Made by a program: the position numbers and the translations under genes. Positions 12,293-24,000 of a stretch of 37,174 nucleotides of DNA are shown here, piece after piece; the stretch's first letter is position 1; the number at the start of each line of letters is the position of its first letter. The stretch is from Macrostomum lignano (taxonomy: Eukaryota). Under the pieces are notes generated by a model that did no database searches, had not been told where the DNA came from, and saw only the letters and a list, made by a program, of their open reading frames with translations. Where the stretch lies: positions 1 to 37,174 of the forward strand of contig NIVC01004716.1 in assembly GCA_002269645.1 (NCBI GenBank). Reading direction: 5' to 3'.

Positions 12293-12804
12293 CTTCTCTA
12301 TCATGATAGGCCTAATAGGCTCATCTTCTATTATTAGCACCTGCTCTTGGGTATAGGTGTTTCTTGTCTCTTTTTAGCTAGTCCTACAGATTTTTTACTT
12401 CTATATTAGTAAAGCTTAGCTAGCTTCAGGCTTCCTAAGTGTAAAATGGCCACAAAGGACTTAGCATCTTTGCTAGACAACTAGTATTATTAGCAGAATT
12501 AGAAGCAAGTTACTAGTATATTGGCTTCTTGTGAAAATTAAATTGTATCTAGTTTCATCTTCATCTACCTATGTAAATCTTGCTGCAAGTGCTTGCTTTG
12601 TCTTGACAATATGCTGACCTTTGATTGATTCTAAGCAGGTAAAGTAGCCTAGCAGATTCTTCTTTGTAGGTTCTCCTTCCAATTACCCTTCTAGCTCCCA
12701 AAACTGGGATAATAGGCCTACCGCCTATATAATAGAACTTGAAGGCATCTAGCCATCTCAGCTAATAGACTTGTCAAATTGACAATTAACTAATATAAGT
12801 AATT

Positions 12805-12920
12805 GGCAATCTTCAAGTTTCGTTCGTTTAATTATTTCCGGAATTATTTCGCCCTCTATTCAAGGGTGGTGGGGGGGGGGGTGGGTGTTGGAATTAAACG
12901 AACGAAACTTGAAGATACCC
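12805..12920. mobile_element. 116-bp MITE with 29-bp TIRs and an 8-bp target-site duplication
   Basis: Perfect 25-bp inverted repeat ATCTTCAAGTTTCGTTCGTTTAATT (12809-12833 / 12892-12916), extendable to 29 bp with 2 mismatches; flanked by AAGTAATT at 12797-12804 and 12921-12928. Confidence 0.85.
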
Positions 12921-14775
12921 AAGTAATTAATAAGGCAGAAAAGAAATGAAGCAGAGGACAAGGACAAGGGCCAAAGCCACGGGTCTGCGGTCATTTTGTC
13001 TGCTGCCTTTTCGTCTGCCAAAGAATTTTAGCAGACGAAACGACTTTTTTATTTATGTTTATTTTGGTTCACTTATTTAGTATTTTTTATGTAGGGAATT
13101 AAAATAAATTAGTATAAGCAAGTTTTAAGTATGTTTTCTTATTTATTTATATTAATATAATGAATAGATTAGCTGAATTATCTATGATCAATTAATAGTT
13201 ACAATAGTTTGTGGGAAAAAGCATAGACATAGTAGACAAATTGAGTCAACTAAATTGAAAAGTACAAGGCTGAATTGCAAAACAGAAAGTAGGCCTACAA
13301 ATATTTGGTAGTTAGAAATATGATAAGACTGAAGGTTGTCTACTCATAGGAAAAGTGCTAGTGCTAGAAGGCTAGGTCTGCTTATTTTTGTTAGTAATAA
13401 TAATATAGTATTTTATAATAAAAGACTAACAAAAGACTATTATTAATTGAATGAGTATAATTATAAACTAGAAAAAATTTTCTACTTAATATACAATTAG
13501 CACTTATATTTGTACCAAATCATAAATTATCTCATAATTGACAATGTTTTGCAATATAGAGAGTAATTTGTTTTGCATATCATTTTTATAGACATTACTT
13601 ATAGTAAAGTAATAAGAAAATTGTAGTTGTTTAAAACTTAGTAATTAATAAAATGGCATTTCTTAAGGACCCCCTTAGTCTTATCACGACACAACATATT
13701 TATATTTAAATAATAAAATGCAAGTGATTAGGTAGGCCCTAATTAATGGATAATATATATAACTAAAATAAAATCTATCAAAAATGGATTATTTTGAATG
13801 TTTTTATTATTTAGTTTTAGCTTTTAAAGTCATTTATTGACATTCATTCATATTCATGATATATTCATGACATTCATATTGATTGACATTGGTAACTAGT
13901 TTATCTGATACTAAGTAGTGACTGAAAAGTGCTTAATTGATACTTTCATATAAATATATTGTATATAAATGTACTATTCATTTTTTATCTCTTCTATATG
14001 CTATATTCAAAAACCCTTATTGGCTCAAAAAGATACTAGAAAATCAATGTAGGCTTTTAGCAACTTGTTTCAAAAATATACATGCCCAACCTCAAAATTT
14101 CACCTGTCTAGTGCAACTTAGTTCCTCTCAATTGTGACTTAGTTCTCCCAATTGCAATTTAATTTTCACTTTGTATATTACTTTTCTTGCTTTTTTTCTG
14201 TTCTTCTCTCTCTCTTTCCCCTCTCTTTCTTTTCTCTCCTTTCTTTTTCTTTTCCTCCCCTTTCTTTCTTCTCTCATTTTTTTGTTTTTTTTTTGAATTT
14301 TTGATTTTGCAACTTACCTTGGCCAGTGGCCATTTCAGCCATCTAGTTTGGATGGGTTGGATGAGTGTTGGGCATGTATGTTCAAAAATGATCATTTGTT
14401 ATCTTTATCTTTTGGTTAGTCTTTTGAAGAGTTCACTTAATATACCTATTTAACATGATTAATAAGACTTTACTAACAAGACTGTAAAGTTAGAGCTACA
14501 ATATTGTGACAAAATTTTTAATGTCTAGAATTCAAATAATTTGAAATTCTGAATTAGCATACTTGTACTATATATCTTGTTTCATCTTTCATTGTATTTT
14601 TATGACCTACCCTTGGTCTACCATAGCTTTGGCTAGTTGGGCTGGAAGTTGCACATTTTTTATATTTTTAACAAATTCAGATATGCCTGAAAAAAAAATC
14701 TACCGCATTATATGTAAACATCAATTGATATTTGAGCTTCTAATGTAGCTTTTATAGATTTGATCTTCTTATCTC

Positions 14776-15053
14776 ATGGACCCAGTGCAGCAGCTGGGTG
14801 TCCCCAGTCAGCTACCAGGCAGTTTGAGCTGGCTGCTCACCTGCCAGGTGGACTGCATGCTGCAGGCTGCTGGTGAGCCATCGCTAGCTGCTGACTGCCA
14901 GCTCAAGATGGAGCAGCTGCTGGCTTCACTGGAGGCATTCGTGTCTGGCCCAGAGTCTGTCCAAGGGATTTTTCAAGAGGAGGAAGCCAGCAGAGTTTTT
15001 GGCACTGCATGCGGTGCTGCCATAGCAGAAGGGCAGCCAATTTTCTACTGCAT
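14776..15053 (+). CDS. UBR1: UBR exon 1 (N-terminus, start of UBR box)
   Basis: ATG 14776; ends ACGAAIAEGQPIFYC with phase-2 donor AT|gtaagc that matches exon 2. Confidence 0.8.
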
Positions 15054-18000
15054 GTAAGCAACAAAATAAGAGCCGTGTTGTCTTTTTGCTAATTTATGCC
15101 AACTAGAAAGTAAACCGTTTGTTAATTAGGCCTATCCAGCCATTTAGGTCTTGCAATTCTGTTCTGTTGCTCCAGAGACTGCTCACCGGACAGTGCAGAC
15201 TGCGCTCTGTGCTCAGCCTGCTTTCTGCGCTCAGAGCACAGGCAGCATCGGTACCGGGTGAGTGAGTTGCGAACTTGCTAATGAATGGCTGACTGTTTTA
15301 TCATGGGTGACAGCATGGCATTTGACTGCCATGTGGACCCTGTTTTCATGCAGGGGGAGGGGCTTGAGGATATCTAGAAGTTGAGGCTTGCCTGATGTCA
15401 AAGAAATTCGCAGCAATAAGGTGTCCATAGTCACCTGGTGCCACCTGTTGAAGGCCCAGAATCTCCGTCTGGGTGAATACCAGTGATTAACGAAGTCAGA
15501 GCTGATGCAGACGCATGCGGTTGATGTGCTGATGAAATTTGGAGACTTGGCAAGGCGACACTTATGGGGACAAAAATCCGACCTTCTGGAAGAATCGTTG
15601 AATATCTCGACGGTCTCGAGAGCTGGCGTCTTGATTCTTGCGACAAAAAGTTAGTCCGTGTTCTTGAATTTCGTGTGCCTGCATTGCTCCGTTCCGGCGC
15701 ACACGCTCATACGGGGTGTACAAAAGCTCTGACGACTGACGTCATCGCCAGATATTCAAACATGTCCTTACAATTCATCTGACTCCAGTCTGTCAACTGG
15801 TGCAACCACGGGTTTCTTCTAGGGCAGTTGCCGGTTCCAACTGTGCTTTTATATTGACCTTGACAGTGGGATCTCGCTGGCATCTGTGGCGACCTCTGCG
15901 ACTGCGGCGATCCGGACGCATTGTCCAGCGGCAGCATCTGCGGCTGCTCGGAGCACCGCATCGACACGCCGCGGCCTTCGCCGCTGCCATCTGGCACAGT
16001 TGACCGATTCGACGCGCTGACAGTCCAGCTGCTGCAGCTCGGCACTGACGCTGAGCCTGGCAGCGACGCCGGCACCAACGATTCCGACCCTCTGGACGGC
16101 AGGCTCGCGCCGGCCTCCTCAAAGCCAGACTTCGCCGTTGTCCTGCTGGCCGACGGCCGACTCCGCCGGTCCGCCTTGGCCTCCTGCCTCGGCCTTCGCC
16201 CGGGCCCCGCCGTTGCCGGCATCGGCGCAGAGGCCGAGGCCGAAGGTCGCTCAGTTGCTCCGGTCGCTGGCGGCCGGGAGGCGGCCGACGCAGCCTGCGC
16301 CGACCTGCTTGAAGCCGACGGTGGCAAAACAACTGGAGGACTGCGGCGCTGCTGGGTGGAGCCGGCGAGGCGGGCAATGCTTCGAAGCCTCGCCTACCGA
16401 CTGCTCGGCTGGCTGGCCGCGGCTGCTCAGAAGCATCATGAGTGGCTTCCGTGATTGCTTGTGCGGGCTCGCTATGCTCAGTGGCTTCCGTGATTGCTTG
16501 TGCGGGCTCGCTATGCTCAGTGGCTTCCGTGATTGCTTGCACGGGCTTGCTATGCTCAGTGAGAAAATTTGTCCCACATCTACCATGAGAATCGTGCCAC
16601 TTCTACCCTATATACCATAAAAAATCGTCCCACTTCTACCTCATCTACCATAGTCGTTCCATTTCTACCCTATCTACCCTGAGAATCATTTCAATCCTAT
16701 TCTATCTATTATGAAAATCGTCTCATTCCAACCCCCTCAGCTGACCTTCACACCGTCCTGTGCCGCCGCCTGCTGTCCGGCGCCCATCCCGCAGCCGAGC
16801 GGCTTCTGCTTGCCGCCGATCGCCTCTGGCGCGGCGCCCGACGCTCCGTCGCGGCCGTGCTGGCGCGGCTGCTTGCCAGCGGCGAGTCTGAAAGCCGGCA
16901 GCGGCTGGCGGAAATCTGCCTGCGCAACTATGCCGTCCTGCTGCGGACTCGATGCGAGCTTGGCGGCGACGGGGCCGAGTCAGTTATGCGGCTGTGCGGC
17001 CGAGCCTATGGATCCGCTGCGCTGGTGAGTTCTGTTGAGTAGCTGAAGACCAGCAGATGTTGTGTAGCTGCTGGGATATGCGAATACAATATAGTCAGTC
17101 AGTCAGTCACTCACACACACACTCGCTCGCTCACTCACTCGCTCACTCACTCACTCACTCACTCACTCACTCACTCACTCACTCGCTCACTCACTCAAAC
17201 TCACTCACTCACACTCTCACTCACTCACTCACTCACACTCTCACTCACTCACTCACACTCTCACTCACTCACTCACTCACTCACTCGCTCACTCACTCAC
17301 TCACTCACTCACTCACTCGCTCACTCACTCACTCACTCACTCACTCACTCACACTCTCACTCACTCACTCACACTCTCACTCACTCACTCACTCACTCGC
17401 TCGCTCACTGACTCGCTCACTCACTCGCTCACTCACTCACTCACTCACTCACTCACTCACTCACTCACTCACTCACTTCTGGCATTCCCGCTGTTAATTG
17501 TCAGACTCGCCACCTGCTGGCCAAACATGACGGCCTGGCAACAATGCTGCGCGCTCTTGTCGGCGCCGCCCTGACTCGCGGGTCAACGGCAGCGGAGGAA
17601 GCAGCCAAGCCGCCTCTGGAGCCGCTCGACTTCCCAACTGGCGACCCCAGGGCCCGCTCGGTCTGGTCCGGCGCTGAGCTCGCCTTTGCCGACGCCCTGC
17701 GGCTTCTCCGGGCGGCGTCAGCGGCTGGCCAGGCCGGGCCGGCGCTCGCCTCGGCGCCGCCCGCCCTTCTGGACGCCTGCGCCGCGCTGCAGGACGCCGG
17801 CCGGGTGCGTCGCCTGTCGCCTGCCGACTGTCTGCCTGACCGCGAGGTCGACTGGGAGGCCGCGCAGCGACTCGACTCGGCCTGCGTCCAGCTCTGCTGC
17901 TGCTTCAGCCAGCAGCTCCTGCAGCTCAGCGCTGCCGCTGCTGACGCCTGCGGACCGGCTCTGAGCGCGGCCGCCGAGCGACTTCGACAAACTCCTCCAG

Positions 18001-21000
18001 ATTGCGCAACGCTGGAAGCGGAGGGCGACGACGACGTCTCAGAGATGCGGCTCGGCAGCGGCCTGCGGCTGGTCGGGCGGCCGCTCCGCTCGCTGATGAA
18101 TGGCCGGGTCGCCGCTTCGCACTCGCAACCGCTGGCTCGTCTGGTCGGCACCCTGGCTTTGGCGGCCGTTCAGAGCGGCTCGCCGGCCTCCATTGTCCGC
18201 CTGGCCGCCTCCGGCCACCCCGGCTGGGAGGCGGCGGTGGCCACTTGGCTGCGCCAGCTGGCCTGGTCAGGGCAGTCCGCTGCCGGTCTCTGGCGACGAA
18301 GCGGCAACGCGCTCTGTCGGGCCAACGTTCGCTATGCACAGGTGAGATCCTGCACGGATACTTTTGACTGCATGACGATGCCCCTCCTTTATCCTCAGTT
18401 GCTAGGCTGCCATCCACCCAAATCCTCAGTTGCTAGGCTGTCACCCACCCAGATCCTCAGTTGCTAGGCAGTCACCCACCCAGATCCTCAGTTGCTAGGC
18501 AGTCACCCACCCAGATCCTCAGTTGCTAGGCGGTCACGCACTCAGTTACACAGGCCCCTCAGTCTAGGTTGTTTCCTCTCCGAATACTTCGATTTACTGC
18601 CAGTAAAAATTGGCAATGCTGCCGCAGGAGCCGGTCCCCCAGCTGCTAGACATTCGAGCCCTGCAGGCTGCCGCCGCCGTGGCTCCGGACGCTGATCAGT
18701 TCGTTCTTCGCCTGCTGGACGCCTTCGATCTGCGCCGCTGGGCAGCCGTCGACTTGTCCGGAGACCAGCAGCTGCCAGAGTGCGACGGCGAGGAGGCGGC
18801 CAACCGGTCCAGCGTTGAAGAGGCGCTCCGGCTTCTGCTCTGCCTCGCTTGCCTGCGCCGTCTGCCCGGCGTGTCGCCCGATGCCAGCGTGTCGGACGCG
18901 GTGGAAGAGGAGCTGTCGGTGCGCCTCCTGACGACGAGCGGCCCGCTGTCGCATTCAGCGCTGACCGCCGTGGCCAACTCAGTAGCTCGCGCCGCGTCCA
19001 TTGGCCGCCTGCCAGCAGCGTCGGCGCCTTCGGCTGCTCAGATCGACGCCCTGATCGGCCGCCTGGCCGAAGCCGACTCCCCGTCCCGCGGTTGGCGACT
19101 CCGCGATGCCGCCCGTCAGGCAGCCGCCGTGAGCCCGGGCCACCCCCGCCTTTCCCGCCCGGGCCTCGCCAAAATTCTCCTAGCGGCTCGTCCTGACGGA
19201 TCGCCCGACCTCCGCCTGCCGTCGTTGCTGCCGCTGGCAAAGGCCTTCGCCCCGCTGAGCCGGCTGCTGGTGTGCGAGGCCACCCAGCTGGTCCTGCTGG
19301 CCGTGCTGGAGCGCTGCGCCCGCAGCCGAGTGCACCGCCTCTGGTCTGAGGCGCAGGTCGAGCGCTGCCTCCTGCTGCTGATCTACGGCATCGGCGAGTC
19401 GCCGGGCTCTGTGCAGCGCCGCCTTCTATCAGCCCTGGCCGCCGTGCCTCGCTGCCACCTGCCCGCCGAGTCGCTGTCCCGCCGCCTACTCGACCTGGCT
19501 TTGACCGAGGCCCGCCGAGTCTTCGGCCTGCAGCCGGGCGACCCTGTCATTGAAGACGACCTCGGCGGCAAAGTTGATGCCGAAGCCGACGATGATGGCG
19601 ACTCGCGGCATCGACGTCAGCGAATGAAGGCGGCCCGCCAGGCGGCTCTGGCGCGGATGGCCGCCCAGCAAAGGCGGTTTTTGGCCGGCCTGGCCGATGA
19701 TGCGCCGGTCGCTGGCGACTCTGCCGTCGACTTCGTGGCAGCGACGCCGAGCGCATCGACAGCGTCACGTCACCTGATCGGCAGTCGGCTGTCGCAACCG
19801 CCGCCTCCCTGGCCAAGCGCCGTCTGCATCGTCTGCCAGGTCGAGGACCCGTACGTCCGCGGTTCGAGTCTGCTTGTCAGCGGCTGCCTTGTCCAGCTGT
19901 CCACGGCGCTGTCCTGTCAGCGAGGCCGCATCAGGCAGCCGGACTGGCCTGCTGCACCGGTGGAGGCGGACCTGCTTGAGGGCGTTCACGTGGCCTCCTG
20001 TGGGCACGCCTTTCACCTGGCTTGCTGTCCGCAGGTGAGCGGCTTCGTTTAACCCCTGGTGCCACTTTTAGACTGAATATATAAATAAATCTAAAGGTAT
20101 AAAATGAATAAAAGGTCTGGGGTTCGTGAGGGACTGTAGGATATATATGAGAAACCGAAACCAAGGACACAATGGGATACCAGAATCCCATCCCAAATGG
20201 CTGTGGGATGCCAGAATCCCATCTCATATGGCTGTGGGATACCAGAATCCCATCCCATATGGCTGTGGGATATCAGAATCCCATCCCATATGGCTGTGGG
20301 ATGCCAGAATCCCATCCCATATGGCTGTGGGATGCCAGAATCCCATCTCATATGGCTGTGGGATACCAGAATCCCATCCCATATGGCTGTGGGATATCAG
20401 AATCCCATCCCATATGGCTGTGTGATACCAGAATCCCATCCCATATGGCTGTGGGATACCAGAATCCCATCCCATATGGCTGTGGGATACCAGAATCCCA
20501 TCTCATATGGCTGTGGGATATCAGAATCCCATCCCATATGGCTGTGGGATCCCAGAATCCCATCCCATATGGCTGTGGGATATCAGAATCCCATCCCATA
20601 TGGCTGTGGGATACCAGAATCCCATCCTTAAGTACATTAACTACGAATTGGCGCCACAGTTATCCAAATGCAACCCGCTGTGCCTCTCAAGATTCCGCAA
20701 GATGTCGCTGGTCCGTCTGCCGTCTTCCACTGCCCTCTGTGCCGCCAGCCCTGCAACGCCATTCTGCCGCTGCTGCCGCCAACCGCCGCTGCTTTTCCTA
20801 AACGGGCTCGCGCTCTCGACTCGGTGGACGTTGCCTTCGACGACTGGCTGGAGGGACTGCGGTTTACCGTGGCCAATTCCTTTCATTTCACCGGCCAGAC
20901 ACCTGGCGACGGTGGGTTTTGAATTCAGACTGCTGGCGATCTTGGTTCCCAGGTTAGGGTGCTTAATACGGGTTCCCTGTTCTGGATTCCCCGTTCTGGG

Positions 21001-24000
21001 TTCCCCGTTCTGGATTCCCTGTTCTGGATTCCCCGTTCTGGGTTCACCATTCTGGATTCCCCGTTCTGGGTTCCCCGTTTTGGGTTTCCCGTTCTGAGTT
21101 CCCCGTTCTGGATTCCCCGTTCTGGATTCTCCGTTCTGGGTTCCCCGTTCTGAGTTCCCCGTTCTGGGTTCCCCGTTCTGGGTTCCCCGTTCTGGGTTCC
21201 CCGTTCTGGGTTCCCCGTTCTGGGTTCCCCGTTCTGGGTTCCCCGTTTTTGGTACCCCGTTCTGGGTTTCCCGTTTTGGGTTTCCCGTTCTGAGTTCCCC
21301 GTTCTGGATTCCCCGTTCTGGATTCTCCGTTCTGGGTTCCCCGTTCTGGATTCTCCGTTCTGGGTTCCCCGTTCTGGGTTCCCCGTTCTAGGTTCCCCAT
21401 TCTAGGTTCCCCATTCTGGATTCCCCGTTCTGGGTTCCCCATTCTGGATTCCCGGTCCTTGTCCCGGTGTCCTTGGCCGGCATCCAGCAGCGCCTCAGCA
21501 CGGCCATCGGGACCGCCTTCTCCGGCCTGTACACAGTGCGCTGCGAGCGGCCGCCCGACCAGGCCGACTGGCTGGACTCATATGCTGTCCCTGCCTCCTC
21601 TGGCCAGCTTCTCCGCCTCATCGAGCAGCTCGCAGCTGACTGCGACAAGCGGATGTCGGACGATGCTGAGCCGGACGGGCCGAGCGCCGATATGGGGAAA
21701 GCTGATCCCGACTGGCAGTGCAAGCGGCTGCTGGCCTCGCTGCCTTTGGCCCTTGCCTACTCTCTGCACGCGCTCGAGGCTGCCGACGAAGCCCACGGAG
21801 TTCGCAGCCGCCGCCAGCCGGCCCTGCAGCAGCTGGCCAGGGCGGCGGCGGTTCGAGCGCCGACCGGAGATCCGCAGCCGGCCAGGCAGCTGGCGCTGGC
21901 CCACCTGCTGCTGCTGCTCCCGGCCGCTGGTGGCCGCCGCCTCGGCCAACTCAGCCTGGCCGATGCCGACCTGCTGAGCAGCCTGGTTGTGCTCACCTTC
22001 CTGTTGCCCTACCTGTACCTGCGCGACTGCCGGCCTCGAGTGGCCTGCACCGCCCCGGTCTGCGCCGCCTCCGAGGCCTGCCTGGTCCGCCTGTTCTACA
22101 CTGCCCGCCTGGTGCAGGTGTTTCTGGACCTGCCCGACTGCGACGAGGGCGAGGGCGACGAATCCGATGGAGCAGATGGCGACACTCCGTTGGATCAGGT
22201 GTGAAGTCAAGGTTCTTGCACCAGGAGCATCCATGATAGGCTAGATTAGCAATCCATTCTATTCCTGCACCCATGATAGGCTAGATTAGCAATCCATTCT
22301 ATTCCTGCACCCATGATAGGCTAGATTAGCAATCCATTCTATTCCTGCACCCATGATAGGCTAGATTAGCAATCCATTATATTCCTGCACCCATGATAGG
22401 CTAGATTAACAATCCATTCTATTCCTGCATCCATGATAGGCTTGATTAGCAATCCATTCTATTCCTGCACCCATGATAGGCTAGATTAGCAATCCATTCT
22501 ATTCCTGCATCCATGATAGGCTGGATTAGCAATCCATTCTATTCCTGCACCCATGATAGGCTAGATTAGCAATCCATTCTATTCCTGCATCCATGATAGG
22601 CTTGATTAGCAATCCATTCTATTCCTGCACCCATGATAGGCTAGATTAGCAATCCATTCTATTCCTGCATCCATGATAGGCTAGATTAGCAATCCATTCT
22701 ATTCCTGCATCCATGATAGGCTAGATTAGCAATCCATTCTATTCCTGCACCATGATAGGCTAGATTAGCAATCCATTCTATTCCTGCACCCATGATAGGC
22801 TAGATTAGCAATCCATTCTATTCCTGCACCCATGATAGGCTAGATTAGCAATCCATTATATTCCTGCACCCATGATAGGCTAGATTAACAATCCATTCTA
22901 TTCCTGCATCCATGATAGGCTAGATTAGCAATCCATTCTATTCCTGCACCCATGATAGGCTAGATTAACAATCCATTCTATTCCTGCATCCATGATAGGC
23001 TGGATTAGCAATCCATTCTATTCCTGCACCCATGATAGGCTAGATTAGCAATCCATTCTATTCCTGCATCCATGATAGGCTTGATTAGCAATCCATTCTA
23101 TTCCTGCACCCATGATAGGCTAGATTAGCAATCCATTCTATTCCTGCATCCATGATAGGCTAGATTAGCAATCCATTCTATTCCTGCATCCATGATAGGC
23201 TAGATTAGCAATCCATTCTATTCCTGCACCCATGATAGGCTTGATTAGCTATCCATTCTATTCCTGCACCCATGATAGGCTAGATTAGCAATCCATTCTA
23301 TTCCTGCATCCATGATAGGCTTGATTAGCAATCCATTCTATTCCTGCACCCATGATAGGCTAGATTAGCAATCCATTCTATTCCTGCACCCATGATAGGC
23401 TAGATTAGCAATCCATTCTATTCCTGCACCCATGATAGGCTAGATTAGCAATCCATTCTATTCCTGCACCCATGATAGGCTTGATTAGCAATCCATTCTA
23501 TTCCTGCACCCATGATAGGCTAGATTAGCAATCCATTCTATTCCTGCATCCATGATAGGCTAGATTAGCAATCCATTCTATTCCTGCACCCATGATAGGC
23601 TAGATTAGCAATCCATTCTATTCCTGCACCCATGATAGGCTAGATTAGCAATCCATTCTATTCCTGCATCCATGATAGGCTAGATTAGTAATCCATTCTA
23701 TTCCTGCATCCATGATAGGCTAGATTAGCAATCCATTCTATTCCTGCATCCATGATAGGCTAGATTAGCAATCCATTCTATTCCTGCACCCATGATAGGC
23801 TAGATTAGCAATCCATTCCATTCCTGCATCCATGATAGGCTAGATTAGCAATCCATTCTATTCCTGCACCCATGATGGGCTAGATTAGCAATGCATTCTA
23901 TTCCTGCATATCCCTTTCAGCTGGTCACCTCCTACAGATTCGCTGCTGGCCTCTGGTCGTCACCAGCCGCCTCCGGCGCCCAGCTCGCCGCCGACGTGCG

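Noticed and set aside
14159-14453. Hydrophobic Phe/Leu-rich ORF and its Lys/Glu-rich antisense ORF
   Set aside because: Low-complexity CT/T-rich tract.
15300-15800. Coding-like sequence in UBR intron 2; minus-strand APGDYGHL vaguely like the mariner APSDYHL motif
   Set aside because: Multiple stops, no other transposase motif, no TIRs.
17057-17497. THSL-repeat ORF, plus similar repeat ORFs at 2248, 3103, 6188, 20126-20631, 21044 and 33695
   Set aside because: Products of micro- or minisatellites within introns or intergenic DNA.
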